This document shows, piece after piece, positions 49,940 through 60,149 of a DNA stretch of 64,000 nt. This DNA is from an uncultured Dehalococcoidia bacterium (lineage in GTDB: Bacteria > Chloroflexota > Dehalococcoidia > DSTF01 > JACRBR01): the NCBI GenBank assembly GCA_964371095.1, contig CAYJMJ010000011.1, positions 1,590 through 65,589 on the forward strand, given 5' to 3'. Position numbers and translations under genes: made by a program. The notes under the pieces are model-generated. The model made no database searches and was not told where the DNA came from. It saw nothing but the letters and a program-made list of their open reading frames with translations. Positions within the stretch are counted from its first letter, which is position 1, and each line of letters begins with the position of its first letter.

Positions 49940-50227
49940 GCCATCATGGGATGAACCCGCCTGAGCCGCAAACGCGCCTCGCATCGACCAGCGCGCACAC
50001 GCGGGCGGTCTCCTTCCGCGACGCTGCAAATCCCCACCATCATTAGGAATTCGGGATGGCCCCGAGTGCGTCCCGGGGCTTGTCGAGCGATTCGCTCTGC
50101 GGTTCGCTGCTGAACAGATCTAGGGGATCGGGCAGGGTGCCGAACAATCCGCGGCGCCAGGCGGACTTCCTGCCTCGCCGCCGCGTGCCGACATCTCCAT
50201 AGGCGGATAGAGACCGACCAAGCAGTG

Positions 50228-52321
50228 CTAATCGGCCAGCGTCCACCGCCCGAAGGGTTTCTGCACCGGCCCTCCGACCTCGAAGATGGCGTCGTCCACC
50301 TCGTCGTTGTTCGGTAACTCATTGCCGAACTCCAGCTGATGGCAGGCCGGGCTGGCCAGGCCTGTCTTCTTGCCGGCCGACCAGAACAACTCCGAACAAC
50401 TCTTCACCACGAGCAGGCTCTTGGCGATGTCCGACGACGCTGAAGACGGACCGTGTCGGAGACGATAGATGAGAATCACCGACTGGCTGGAGATCGGTTC
50501 GTACTCCGCGCCGTCTACACCGAACGCCTTCAGTTGCTCCGGCTTTGCGTTGTCGTCTCTGGCCTTGCCCGATTGCTCGATCTGCCAGGCCTCGTGCCTG
50601 CGCCACATCCACCAGGCGTCCCGCGCCGAGCGAGCCTTGTCCGTTAGCGAATCGAACATCGTTTCGGCGGCGTGGGCCACGAACACTCCGTTCATGGGAA
50701 TCATCCAGCCGAAGAAAGCCTTGGCCTTAAACGCGTCTTTCAGCGATGAACCAGCGCTCGATGAGCAGGTGTTGAGAAACACAAGCGTCTTGTCGAAGGA
50801 GACGGACTTCTGATCCCTCAACATCTGGAAGAACGCGGGAGTCACCCAGACCACCGCGCTCCCGTTGAATTCGGCACCGACGACGAGGGGCGCATCGCCG
50901 GATCCGTCCCAGGTCAGCCCGGACATCGTGACGAGCGCCTTCACGATGTCCGCGTTCACGTCGGGGCTGAGCTTGCGCCCGTTGACGGCCTTCTTCAGCT
51001 CGGGCCTGTCGAGGTCGAGCAACCCCATGTACATCCACGATTGGCTGTGTAGGGTGTACCAATGGTTGATGTTCGTGCCGTGCGACATGACGTAGAAGAC
51101 GCCGTACCGGTTCGTCGTGAGGAACTTGGCCAGCTCTTCAACGGCCTGATCGCCGGTGTGTACGGGCTTCCCGTTCTCCGTGGCACCGAGGATCGTGTCG
51201 ACGGTGTAGCCGGCGGTTGTCAGATCTGCTTGCATGCATTCGACGCTGGGCCCCACGGCGGCCTTGAAGCTCTCGTAGACCACGACCTTCCCGCCGTGAC
51301 CACGAAGCGGGTGCGCGAGCTCGTACGCGGGCGCGACCAGCAGGGCGCGTTTGGGCGGCGTGTCCGCGCTGGTGATCGGCTTGGGCTGCGCCTGTGCCTC
51401 ATACAGGCTGACGCCGTAGCCTCCCGCCGGATTGAGACCTTCACGTCCTGGTTCCGGAGGCCGCGATGTTGAGGGCGAGTCTGGGAGGGAGCCGCATCCG
51501 CTCGCAGTGCTGGAGGGGGCAACCGGCTTCGGCCGACGCGCCGCGACCGGCTGCGAGGACACCAGCAACTCCGACGACCGCGAGTCGATGGCCGCGGATG
51601 CCGCTGGATCGAGATCCGCGCGCTCCGTCACGACGTAGTCGCCCGTCCCGTCCTTGTACTTGATGGTGATGTTGAGGCCGTTCGGGGAGACCGTGGCATC
51701 GGCCACGTTCGGCAGCCCTTGAACGAAGGCGCGGGTCTCCTGCACAGCCTGCGACCACGTCTCGCCCTTCTCGTTGACCGCCTCCACGAAGCTCTTCGTT
51801 GCCGCGGCGCCTGCGTCCTTCTTGAGGTCCCAGCGCCCCCAATCGCTCTTCAGCGTCGCCGACGACGCAGGGCTGGCGGCGCTCTTCGCCTGCCCATCGG
51901 TTCGCTTCCATGTCGAGGAGCCAGCGCCCTCACTGAACATCTTCACCGGGATCTCGAGCGTCTCGCCGTCGAACTTGTACGGCTGATCGGTGGCCGATAT
52001 CCCCTGATCGCGAAACTCGATGGTCATGCGCCCATCGTGAATGCTGTAGGTGCCGGTGTCCGTGAGTTCGTCGCCGGCGCTCACTGCCTTCACGGACAGC
52101 GTCCCGTTGTCGAGCACGAGCGTGACGGTTGCGCCGGACTTGGGGCGAGTCCCGTCGGAATCCTGGACCGCAACGTATGTCCCGCCGATGTCGGTCTCGG
52201 AGACGGGCTTGCCAGTACCGGACGGGCTGGCCTTGCCGCCTCCGCAGGCGCCTAAGACCAAGGCAAGCGAGACGATGGCGCAGAGGACAAGCCGAGGACG
52301 GCGTCCGGTCGGAGAGGGCAT
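50228..52321 (-). CDS. Large lipoprotein, hypothetical (~697 aa)
   Basis: Lipobox LVLGAC after the signal peptide. Start MPSPTGRR at 52321. No recognised domain. Contains the motifs YVMSHG and LNTCSS. Confidence 0.75.
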   Translation of the reverse strand: MPSPTGRRPRLVLCAIVSLALVLGACGGGKASPSGTGKPVSETDIGGTYVAVQDSDGTRPKSGATVTLVLDNGTLSVKAVSAGDELTDTGTYSIHDGRMTIEFRDQGISATDQPYKFDGETLEIPVKMFSEGAGSSTWKRTDGQAKSAASPASSATLKSDWGRWDLKKDAGAAATKSFVEAVNEKGETWSQAVQETRAFVQGLPNVADATVSPNGLNITIKYKDGTGDYVVTERADLDPAASAAIDSRSSELLVSSQPVAARRPKPVAPSSTASGCGSLPDSPSTSRPPEPGREGLNPAGGYGVSLYEAQAQPKPITSADTPPKRALLVAPAYELAHPLRGHGGKVVVYESFKAAVGPSVECMQADLTTAGYTVDTILGATENGKPVHTGDQAVEELAKFLTTNRYGVFYVMSHGTNINHWYTLHSQSWMYMGLLDLDRPELKKAVNGRKLSPDVNADIVKALVTMSGLTWDGSGDAPLVVGAEFNGSAVVWVTPAFFQMLRDQKSVSFDKTLVFLNTCSSSAGSSLKDAFKAKAFFGWMIPMNGVFVAHAAETMFDSLTDKARSARDAWWMWRRHEAWQIEQSGKARDDNAKPEQLKAFGVDGAEYEPISSQSVILIYRLRHGPSSASSDIAKSLLVVKSCSELFWSAGKKTGLASPACHQLEFGNELPNNDEVDDAIFEVGGPVQKPFGRWTLAD

Positions 52322-52595
52322 GCGATCGGCCTTTGCGCGAAAAACCCCACCGCCTGGAGCCAAATCGGGTTTGGCTCTTCGTGTCGCGCGGTGCCGCGCC
52401 TAGCGATGCACGGCTAGCGTACTCGAACCCGAGCATTCGTGATAGAGCAGGATGACGGCCCGCAATTCAGCACGCGGTGCCCTGTCGCTCAGCCGATGAC
52501 AAACACCATGACTTCATCGTGTTGGCCCTTCGTATACGCGCACCGACGAGTCAGTCGAAGGGGGAACCACAAATTGGTCTCGTTCACGAAGTTGT

Positions 52596-53195
52596 TCACA
52601 GTCTCCGATCGGCGAGCGTCGTCGCGAGCTTGCGCATGCCGAGGCGCATCCGGCTCTTCACCGTTCCGACAGGGACGGTGCCCTCCGCGGCGATCTCCCG
52701 GCGAGTCAGCCCCGCGAAGTACGCCATCTCGATCGCGCGACGCTGTTCTCCCGGGAGCAAGCGCAGCGCATCCCGGACGTCCCGAGCCTCGTCCGCGCGC
52801 TCGGTCTCACGCTCCGGGCCGTCGGTTACGTATGTCGCGTCGGCGCAGTACGTGCCCTCGGTCCGCTGGCGCCTGGCACGCCTCCGAATGCCATCGATCG
52901 ACGTGTGCCGGGTGATCGTCAGGAGTAATCCCCGCATTGAGCCGCGCGACGGATCGAACTGCGCGGCGCCGGTCCAGAGTTTGAGAAATGCGTCCTGCAC
53001 CGCATCTTCGGCTCCCGGTCCGTCACCGAGGATCTGGTACGCGAGCCTGTAAGCGGCGCCACGATGCGCACCGTACGCAGCGACGAGAGTCGTCGGATCC
53101 AGGGCGGCAGGAACGGCCGGGCGCCAGCCGTTCACGGCTGGCCTATTGCCGGGCCAGGGTCGCAATGGGGTGGTTTCGATGGTTACGGTCGTCAT
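52596..53195 (-). CDS. ECF-subfamily RNA polymerase sigma factor
   Basis: Region 2 DAVQDAFLKLWT. Region 4 LPGEQRRAIEMAYFAGLTRREIAAEGTVPVGTVKSRM. Confidence 0.85.
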   Translation of the reverse strand: MTTVTIETTPLRPWPGNRPAVNGWRPAVPAALDPTTLVAAYGAHRGAAYRLAYQILGDGPGAEDAVQDAFLKLWTGAAQFDPSRGSMRGLLLTITRHTSIDGIRRRARRQRTEGTYCADATYVTDGPERETERADEARDVRDALRLLPGEQRRAIEMAYFAGLTRREIAAEGTVPVGTVKSRMRLGMRKLATTLADRRL

Positions 53196-53664
53196 ATTGA
53201 CCTCGGTTGGCGCGCACGCGCAACCAGCAGTGGGATCCCGAAAAGGGTAGGCGGAGAAGACGACGGGTCCAGGTCGGCTAGTTTGCTTCTTGAGAGTCGA
53301 GAGGGAGGCGCCGTCGCCTCTGCCGTGGATGCCCTACCGATGCGGGCTTCTGTCCGACTTTGGACCCGTACGGGGGTGTACGTGGTCGTCGGACTTCCCA
53401 TGCACCATACGCTCTTACCGGTCGGTACGCAAGATGACAAATGGAGCGTACGCTCGCGAACACTCGGAAATTGGGCAAATCAGCCGGGAGGGCGGTGCGT
53501 ATTCGGGAACGGGACTGCCGCGCGGTCATCTCGATCGCATCGCCGGTTCCGTCGCCGCTGAGTGCGAATCGACTCCAACAGGCATGCACGAGTGATCCGC
53601 CAAGCCTTGAGGCGCGGATAGAAGCATCCGTGAACAGACAACAGGCGCTCGGTGGAGGGATCTA

Positions 53665-53847
53665 ATGACGCTGGCGGAAATATGCTTCATCATCGCGGCG
53701 GCGGCGTTCGTGGTCGATGCTGTCCCGTTAATTGGGATAGCGTTCCCCTTCAAGCTCCTCCCCGCTGGTCTTGCCCTCCTGGCCTTGGGACTCGCATTGG
53801 GAGCTGGCCTCGCGGCCGATCTCGGCATCGATGGGAAGGTCCTGTGA
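53665..53847 (+). CDS. Small hydrophobic protein (60 aa, 2 TM), hypothetical
   Basis: GGAGGGA SD 6 nt before ATG. High-moderate GC3. Confidence 0.4.
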   Translation: MTLAEICFIIAAAAFVVDAVPLIGIAFPFKLLPAGLALLALGLALGAGLAADLGIDGKVL

Positions 53848-54506
53848 ACCGCGGAGTTCAATCGGCTCAGGAGCGGCCGCTGTGCCATGGATCCGCGTAG
53901 CCTTACTGCTCGGCGCCGCCCTCGCTCGAAGAACGACCTCGCGACAGGGCATCGCCCGCGAAGCCGGTAGTCATGCCCGGCGCGTCACGTTCGGAGCGGT
54001 GGCTTTAGTGCCGGGATCGCCGCGGCGGTGATCCATCCGGGCGCGATGCGCGGACTGGAGTAGCACAGAAGCGCCTGCATCGGCCGAGGATGCAGGCGCT
54101 TCTGAAGCGGACAACAGCAATGCGGATCGACGAGCACCCTGTGTTTCAGGTGCTGCGGCCTGAACCGCGCCTCCAAGTTGGTCGCCGCTACCCACAGGCG
54201 CAAAGATGGGCTGGCATCAGGCCCCGCCTCCGTCAGCCAACCCATCCGTGAAGAGCTCCTTTTCAGGGCTCACCAGCATTGTCCACCCGTGGATACTGGG
54301 TCGTCTGTCCGCCGTCGAACCGACACCGGCTCCAGCCCGGACGGACGCCCCGAGATGCACGCCGCCTCGGTCCCGAAAGCGGACCATACTCCGTTACGTC
54401 AGTACGCAAGCAGACACACTGTTCGTCCGCTCGAGGACAGTGCGGAACCTCGGCGACTCCGCCTCAGACCCGTCGGGAAGTGCGGCTGTCGCTGACGAGT
54501 TCGAGG

Positions 54507-55298
54507 TCAGGCGGATGCGTGTTCGCCCGACGAAAGAAGCCGCCGCCCACCGGAGGCGGCATGGCTGCGCCCGGGCAGCCGGTCAAAGCGCTCCCGGATG
54601 AGACGATAGCACTCGCAGCTGGCGGCCTCGAGGCCCGGGCGGTCCAGCACCGTGACCTTGCCGCGGTGGTACGTGATGAGATCCGCGGCCTGGAGGGCTT
54701 CGGCGGCTACGGAAACGCTCGGCCGGCGCACGCCGAGCATCTCTGACAGGAAGTCATGCGTCATCGGGAACTCGGCGGCGTCCACGCGATCGTGCGTCAT
54801 CAGCAGCCAGCGCGCGCAGCGCTGGACCATCGGATGCATGCGATTGCACGCCGCCGATTGCGCGACTAGGGCAAACAGCGCGACGGCGTAGTACCCGACC
54901 ACCTGGCGTAAGACAGGGATCTGCGCGACGTGCTCGCGAAAACGCGCGCTCTCCATCCGCATCGCGGTGCCCGGAACCTGGATCAGCAGCCTTGAGTCAG
55001 ACTCCTCCAGGCCAAGGAACGTGAAGAGATCGGCCAACCCTTCGTTGCCGATCGTGGCGATCTCGACCGCGACACCGTCTTCCATCACCGTGAGCATCGA
55101 GATGACACCGGTATTGGGGAAGTAGATGTAGGGCATCTTGTCGCCCGGCTCGTGGAGCGAGAGACGGAACTTGAGCGGTACCGCCTTCAGGTCCGGGAGG
55201 ATGCGTTCATAATCCTCGGGCGGGAGGGAGGAGAGAATTCGGTTCGCGACGATCCGTCGCGACGCGGTGGATGTAGGCACTGGTGCACGCCCTTTCAA
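54507..55298 (-). CDS. Crp/Fnr-family transcriptional regulator (cNMP-binding + HTH)
   Basis: cNMP-binding region followed by a C-terminal HTH (MTHDFLSEMLGVRRPSVSVAAEALQAADLITY). Confidence 0.8.
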   Translation of the reverse strand: MKGRAPVPTSTASRRIVANRILSSLPPEDYERILPDLKAVPLKFRLSLHEPGDKMPYIYFPNTGVISMLTVMEDGVAVEIATIGNEGLADLFTFLGLEESDSRLLIQVPGTAMRMESARFREHVAQIPVLRQVVGYYAVALFALVAQSAACNRMHPMVQRCARWLLMTHDRVDAAEFPMTHDFLSEMLGVRRPSVSVAAEALQAADLITYHRGKVTVLDRPGLEAASCECYRLIRERFDRLPGRSHAASGGRRLLSSGEHASA

Positions 55299-55690
55299 AC
55301 CGTGACGTTTCGCGGTTCAGTGGCGAGTGCGACGGTGGACGGGCTCTGAACCGCGGCGGGCTTTGTCTGGAGGCTCCGGATGGCGGTCGCAACCAGCTCC
55401 GAGTCCTGCGCGGAACCGACCCGCTGGCCGAGCGGAGACGTGCGGATGAGATTGAACTGATGCAGGAACCAGAATCGCGCTCCCATCTGCCACCGCGTCT
55501 CAAGCAGCGCCGAGTACTGAACGGCGTTGTTCACCAGCATCACCGTTCGACGGCCCCGGTCGAAGTAGTATCGAAACAGTGCGTCAGGCCGGGTCGCCCA
55601 GTCGACGACCAGCTGGCCGGAGGACCGTCCCAGATGCGAGGTGACTTCGGTGAGCTCCACTCCCTGTTCATCGAGCAGCGTGACCTTCAT
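55295..55690 (-). CDS. Hypothetical protein, translationally coupled (ATGA) to the downstream Crp/Fnr gene
   Basis: Start MKVTLLDEQGV with a GAGAGAGA SD (the ORF track extends to 55831). Confidence 0.5.
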   Translation of the reverse strand: MKVTLLDEQGVELTEVTSHLGRSSGQLVVDWATRPDALFRYYFDRGRRTVMLVNNAVQYSALLETRWQMGARFWFLHQFNLIRTSPLGQRVGSAQDSELVATAIRSLQTKPAAVQSPSTVALATEPRNVTV

Positions 55691-56189
55691 AGCGTCTCTC
55701 TCTGGTGACATGATATTGCGGATGCGAACTGGTGTACTTCGCTCCGGCATTTCGGCTGGAGCATCGAAGACGCGGTGCCAGAAGGCCTGTCTCCGCCGAT
55801 TACGCCCGTCGCATGAGCAGCACGACCACAACGATGAGCAAGATCAGGACAAGTGCACCGCCACCGATATACATGAAGCCTCCCACGATGGGCCCCGCGT
55901 GAACACGCGCGACTACCTCTATCCGTCCGGCGGGACACGATGGATCACTCGCCGAGAGATGCCGCGCCACACCAGGCGATACACAAATGGTAGGCATCGC
56001 CCCCTATCGCCGGTCTCACCGCAGCCGAAACCGGCGTTGCTGTCCCGTGGCGAAGGCGTCCGAGGCCGTCGCCTGAGCCTGACCAACTGGACGAACCTGA
56101 ACCGTGGGCGTCTTGTTACTTGCCCATGAGGCGTCACGTCACGCCACGGCGACGTTAGGCTCGCCGCACCAGCCCCCGATGCGGTCCTG

Positions 56190-56345
56190 AGCGCCCGACC
56201 TGCGACGCCGCCTGGGAACGCGAAGAAGGCGGTAGGGCCGTGCAGTGATCCACTGTCGGTCGGGCGGCGTATAGAAATATCCGTGTGAGAGACACGGAGC
56301 AGAATCCCCCTCTCGCCCGCCCGCCCGGGCCGAGAGGGGGAGCCT
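56190..56345 (+). repeat. Copy A of a ~150-nt conserved structured intergenic element (GGAAC block, TATAGA -10-like box, hairpin CCGTGTG-agaga-CACGG, 10-bp GC hairpin CCCCCTCTCG...CGAGAGGGGG). Precedes a small ORF and the APH/phosphatase genes
   Basis: ~80% identical to 58770-58920, with compensatory changes in hairpin 1. Confidence 0.5.
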
Positions 56346-56450
56346 CGAATAAAGCGGGTGCCAGTTCCAGGAACTGGCGTGCGCATGCTGCTACTGCGCG
56401 GGCGCTTCATATCGCACGGTCATGCATCTTGAAGGAGGCAATCAATAATA

Positions 56451-56669
56451 ATGAAGGCGCCACTCACCTCGGTTGGCGGCAATGACGAAATGAACGTCCG
56501 CCTGACTTGGCTTGAGATCGAAGCCGTCTCGCTTGGGCTTCGAACGTTGCTCATCACCCAGCCACACGACCAGGCGCTGTGCGGAGTGGCAACTGCAGGG
56601 TTGGCAAAGCTGCCTGAGGTCCTTCCGCCAGATGGCCAGTGGACCGCTACCGAGGCGAAAACAACATGA
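56451..56669 (+). CDS. Small hypothetical protein (72 aa) downstream of element copy A
   Basis: Strong GGAGG SD plus AT-rich spacer before ATG. GC3 ~65%, below the window norm. Confidence 0.35.
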   Translation: MKAPLTSVGGNDEMNVRLTWLEIEAVSLGLRTLLITQPHDQALCGVATAGLAKLPEVLPPDGQWTATEAKTT

Positions 56670-56842
56670 ATCTGCGATCGACGCTATCGGACTGAGGCCG
56701 GGCTCGAGCTGCGAAACGCATCTCTCCGGTCGGCTCCGCGCTTTCTCCGGCCGCGCACTACGAAGATGCCACGCCGGACGTGAGTGCAGCCGAGCACCGG
56801 TCCTGGCGGCGATATCCGGAAAGGTTGGATTGCGCTCGGACG

Positions 56843-57850
56843 ATGATGCGGCGTGACGTCACACCTGCAGCCAAACTTCTCCGTCAAGATGCCGGCGCGG
56901 CACCGGTCGATCTCAACGCCCTCAACGAGATGTTGGCTCCGGCGTATCCCGGCCAGAGGGCCATCGCCGCTGAACTCGTGAGCGGCGGCTTCGCGAATAC
57001 GAGCTTCAAGGTGAAGCTGTCGAAACTGGACGCGACGGTCGTAATTCGCATCTACGTGCGAGACCCGTCCGCAGCCTACCGGGAGGCGTCGATCCTCGAG
57101 TTAGTCAAAGAGCGCGTGCCGGTACCGGAAGTCGTCTACGTCTCGCCCGAGGCACATGAACCGCATCCGTATCTCATCCTGCGCTGGATCGAAGGTAGCC
57201 CGCTCGACCAGCTCATCGAGGAGGGCACGCCCTCGGACGCCAGGCGTGCCGCCAGGGCGACGGGGCGTGTCCTCGCGAAACTCCAGGAGTTTCGGTTCGC
57301 GAGATCCGGGTTTTTCGGAAGCACGCTCGACATCCGGACCCCATTCCCATCGGAAGCTCGCGTGGTTGTCGGCGTCCTGGAGCAGTGCCTGTTCAGAGAC
57401 TCCGGCGAAGAGCGGCTGGGCGCCGCGCTCACGCAGCGCCTGTGGCGATTCGTGACGCAGCACGCGGGGATGCTCGACGTGGTCGAGCACGATGCGATGC
57501 TGGTCCATGGAGACTTCAACGGACTCAACGTCATCATCCGAAGTACATCTGACGGGCCTAAGGTAGCGGCCGTCATCGACTGGGAATATGCGCACTCGGG
57601 GACGCCGCTGGTAGATCTCGGCAGCATGCTCCGGCGTCCCGGCCGTGCCCTTCCCCCCTGGTTCGAGGAAGAGTTGATACGGGGCTATCGCCAGGATGGC
57701 GGCATCCTGCCGGAGAACTGGAGGCAGGTTGCGCGAATCGTCGACCTCGTGAAACTCTCTGCGTTCGTGAGGTCGCCGAACGCCGGCGAGGTCGCCGTGC
57801 AGAGCGTACGCGCACTCATTGAGGCGGCGTTGGCGGACGAGCGCCAGTAA
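56843..57850 (+). CDS. Aminoglycoside phosphotransferase (APH)-family kinase
   Basis: Brenner motif HGDFNGLNVI and DWEYA. Start MMRRDV at 56843 (the ORF track extends to 56780). Confidence 0.8.
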   Translation: MMRRDVTPAAKLLRQDAGAAPVDLNALNEMLAPAYPGQRAIAAELVSGGFANTSFKVKLSKLDATVVIRIYVRDPSAAYREASILELVKERVPVPEVVYVSPEAHEPHPYLILRWIEGSPLDQLIEEGTPSDARRAARATGRVLAKLQEFRFARSGFFGSTLDIRTPFPSEARVVVGVLEQCLFRDSGEERLGAALTQRLWRFVTQHAGMLDVVEHDAMLVHGDFNGLNVIIRSTSDGPKVAAVIDWEYAHSGTPLVDLGSMLRRPGRALPPWFEEELIRGYRQDGGILPENWRQVARIVDLVKLSAFVRSPNAGEVAVQSVRALIEAALADERQ

Positions 57851-58072
57851 GCCGCGATAAGCTCCGTCCGGGCCCACCCGCGAGTCAAGATTGGGCTGGG
57901 TATCATCGTCCGGATGCTACAGCGACGCGATGTGATTGGAGTCCGGGTGGTGCACGACGTTTCGAATCCGGAAGAGATCGCGAACGCCGACGTTGAGCAC
58001 CGTATCGATGAGCGGGCCGCGCTCGAGGGCAGGCCGAGCCCACTCGATGTCGCATTTCTATCGAATCGCGGG

Positions 58073-58714
58073 ATGGTCACGGAGGTCTTCCTCGTGCGCC
58101 ACGCGCACCAGCACCTTGACCTGGCTGGCTCGATCGGCGGATTTGTAGACCCTCCGTTGAGCGGCCTGGGAGAACAACAAGCGCAGCTCCTGGGCGCCGC
58201 ACTTTCGACCAGGACGATCGATGCCGTGTATACGAGCCCTATGCGGCGCGCAGTGCATACCGCGGAGGCGATCGCCCGCCACCACCGGATCGAGCCCGTC
58301 GCAATCGACGACCTGAGGGAGATCGCGATGTTCCGCGACGCACCTCAACACCTTTCGTCACTCGAATTCATGGGTACGGAGGCGCTGGCGACGCTGCGCC
58401 AGCGTTTCATCATCGAGAGATCGTGGGACGTCTACCCCTACTCGGAATCGAGCGCCGAGTTCCGGCGCCGCGTCATCAACGTCATCGAGACGATCATCAG
58501 CGACCATGCCGGCCGGCGAGTCGCCGTGGTCTGTCATGGCGGCGTGATCAACGCCTACGTCAGCCACGTGATCGGCTCGAAATACGATATGTTGTTCCGG
58601 CCCGCCCATACGTCGATCAGCATCGTCGCCTCCGCCGATGGCATCCACACGCTGTACACGCTGAACGACGTGCATCACCTCAGCACCGCCGACCGGGACT
58701 TCCGCAGCGTCTAG
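58073..58714 (+). CDS. Histidine phosphatase superfamily (phosphoglycerate-mutase-like) protein
   Basis: RHG-type motif VFLVRHAHQ, C-terminal catalytic His region VVCHGGVINAY. The ORF extends upstream to 57914. Confidence 0.75.
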   Translation: MVTEVFLVRHAHQHLDLAGSIGGFVDPPLSGLGEQQAQLLGAALSTRTIDAVYTSPMRRAVHTAEAIARHHRIEPVAIDDLREIAMFRDAPQHLSSLEFMGTEALATLRQRFIIERSWDVYPYSESSAEFRRRVINVIETIISDHAGRRVAVVCHGGVINAYVSHVIGSKYDMLFRPAHTSISIVASADGIHTLYTLNDVHHLSTADRDFRSV

Positions 58715-58769
58715 GGCCTTCGCCCCTGACGAGTGACGCCGCGCCTCCGCTTCGGCGCAGGGCGTCCGA

Positions 58770-58920
58770 GGCGTTCCTTCGGAACGCGCAGACGAACCTC
58801 GGGCGATGCGGTGATCCATTGCGGGTCGGACGGCGCATAGAAGTATCTGTGTGGGCACACACGGACCAGAGTCCCCCTCTCGCCCGCCCGCTCGGGTCAA
58901 GAGGGGGGCCCTTGACAACT
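58770..58920 (+). repeat. Copy B of the conserved structured intergenic element (CATAGA box, hairpin CTGTGTG-ggca-CACACGG, GC hairpin CCCCCTCT...AGAGGGGG). Lies upstream of the YggT-like gene
   Basis: Aligns with 56190-56345 from the GGAACGCG block through the GC hairpin. Confidence 0.5.
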
Positions 58921-59324
58921 GAGGTGCCGGCGGAAGGATCCAGATTTCCGGCAAGGAGTGCCATCGCGAAACGGGGTTGCAGGGTGGGCGCGAACGCGAC
59001 AAACGCAGCAATTGACAGGGGCGATGGACTCGAGGCCACGGTGAAGCTCGCCGCGGGATCGGGTGGCGGTGCGACGGTGGAAACGTCAGGAGCGCCTGCC
59101 GCGGCAAGCAACGCCCCGATCGGGCCTGCCCGTGCATTGTGGATCTACTTGAAGCACCGGGGCGTGCTGAACGTCGATGAGTTCCGCCGGACGAACGCGC
59201 GCGGTCTGTAGAAGTATGGGGGCCGGCTGCGCGGCAGGATCTCTGCCGCTCATCACGACCGGAACGCTCAGCCATCGAACGCATCCGCGCGCGGACGCAA
59301 TCACAGGCATCGGAGGAGGCTAAC

Positions 59325-59810
59325 GTGCAAACGAGAACAACACCGCAGAACGAGCCCGGCACCGTCGGCGACAACAGGGTCGTCGAGAGAGAAGTCGAAA
59401 CCGTTCGGACACGGCAGCGCGTGGCGGGAGCGCCGGGCGATGCCACCGCGCCGTCTCTAGCGGTCGTCAGCGAGCGGAGCGGACGCTACTTCGAAACGCT
59501 CCCGGAGCGCCTGGGTGCCGTCATGGTTGCGGTGCTCAGCGGGATCGAAGGGCTGATGGGCATTCGCTTCTTGCTCCGCGCGTTCGGCGCCAACCCGAAC
59601 AGCGGCTTTGTCGGGTTCATCAACGACGTGTCGTGGCCCTTCGTGCGTCCGTTCTCCAACGTCTTCAGCAACCGTTCGTGGAGCCAGGGGGTCGTCGAGG
59701 TCTCGACGCTCGTGGCGATGGGCTTCTATCTCCTGCTCTTCGCACTCATTGCCATGCTGGTCACCGCGCTGGCGCCGCGGTTGAGCGGGAATACGGGCGG
59801 CGGCGCGTGA
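59325..59810 (+). CDS. Membrane protein, possibly YggT family
   Basis: 161 aa. YggT-like block FINDVSWPFVRPF and C-terminal TM. N-terminal ~50 aa polar. Confidence 0.5.
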   Translation: MQTRTTPQNEPGTVGDNRVVEREVETVRTRQRVAGAPGDATAPSLAVVSERSGRYFETLPERLGAVMVAVLSGIEGLMGIRFLLRAFGANPNSGFVGFINDVSWPFVRPFSNVFSNRSWSQGVVEVSTLVAMGFYLLLFALIAMLVTALAPRLSGNTGGGA

Positions 59811-59987
59811 TTACGCGCGTTGGACATCGACGCCGTTGTCGACGCCGGGGTTGTGACGGACCAAGCTCCCCAGCTCCGTCGCAGCCTCGACGCCGGCAAC
59901 GGAGCCCGGCGTCCCGCCCGTGGGCACCCGCGAAAAGCCGCGCCGCGTACATCTCGCCAACCGGCCGGCCGTTGAAGGTGATTGTAA

Positions 59988-60149
59988 ATGGACGCGCTGA
60001 TCGTAACCGCCGCCGGCGCCGGGTTGGCACTGGCGATGCTCCTGATACCGGCGGTGGCCGTGGCCACCGTAACGCTGGCCGCGATATGCCTGTTCATCGG
60101 CACGAGCGCTGCCATTCTGGCCTGCGTCGTCGGGGTTCCGGCGGTTTGA
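59988..60149 (+). CDS. Small hydrophobic membrane peptide (53 aa), hypothetical
   Basis: GAAGGTG SD 8 nt before ATG. Not in the ORF track (<60 aa). MDALIVTAAGAGLALAMLLIPAVAVATVTLAAICLFIGTSAAILACVVGVPAV. Confidence 0.3.
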   Translation: MDALIVTAAGAGLALAMLLIPAVAVATVTLAAICLFIGTSAAILACVVGVPAV

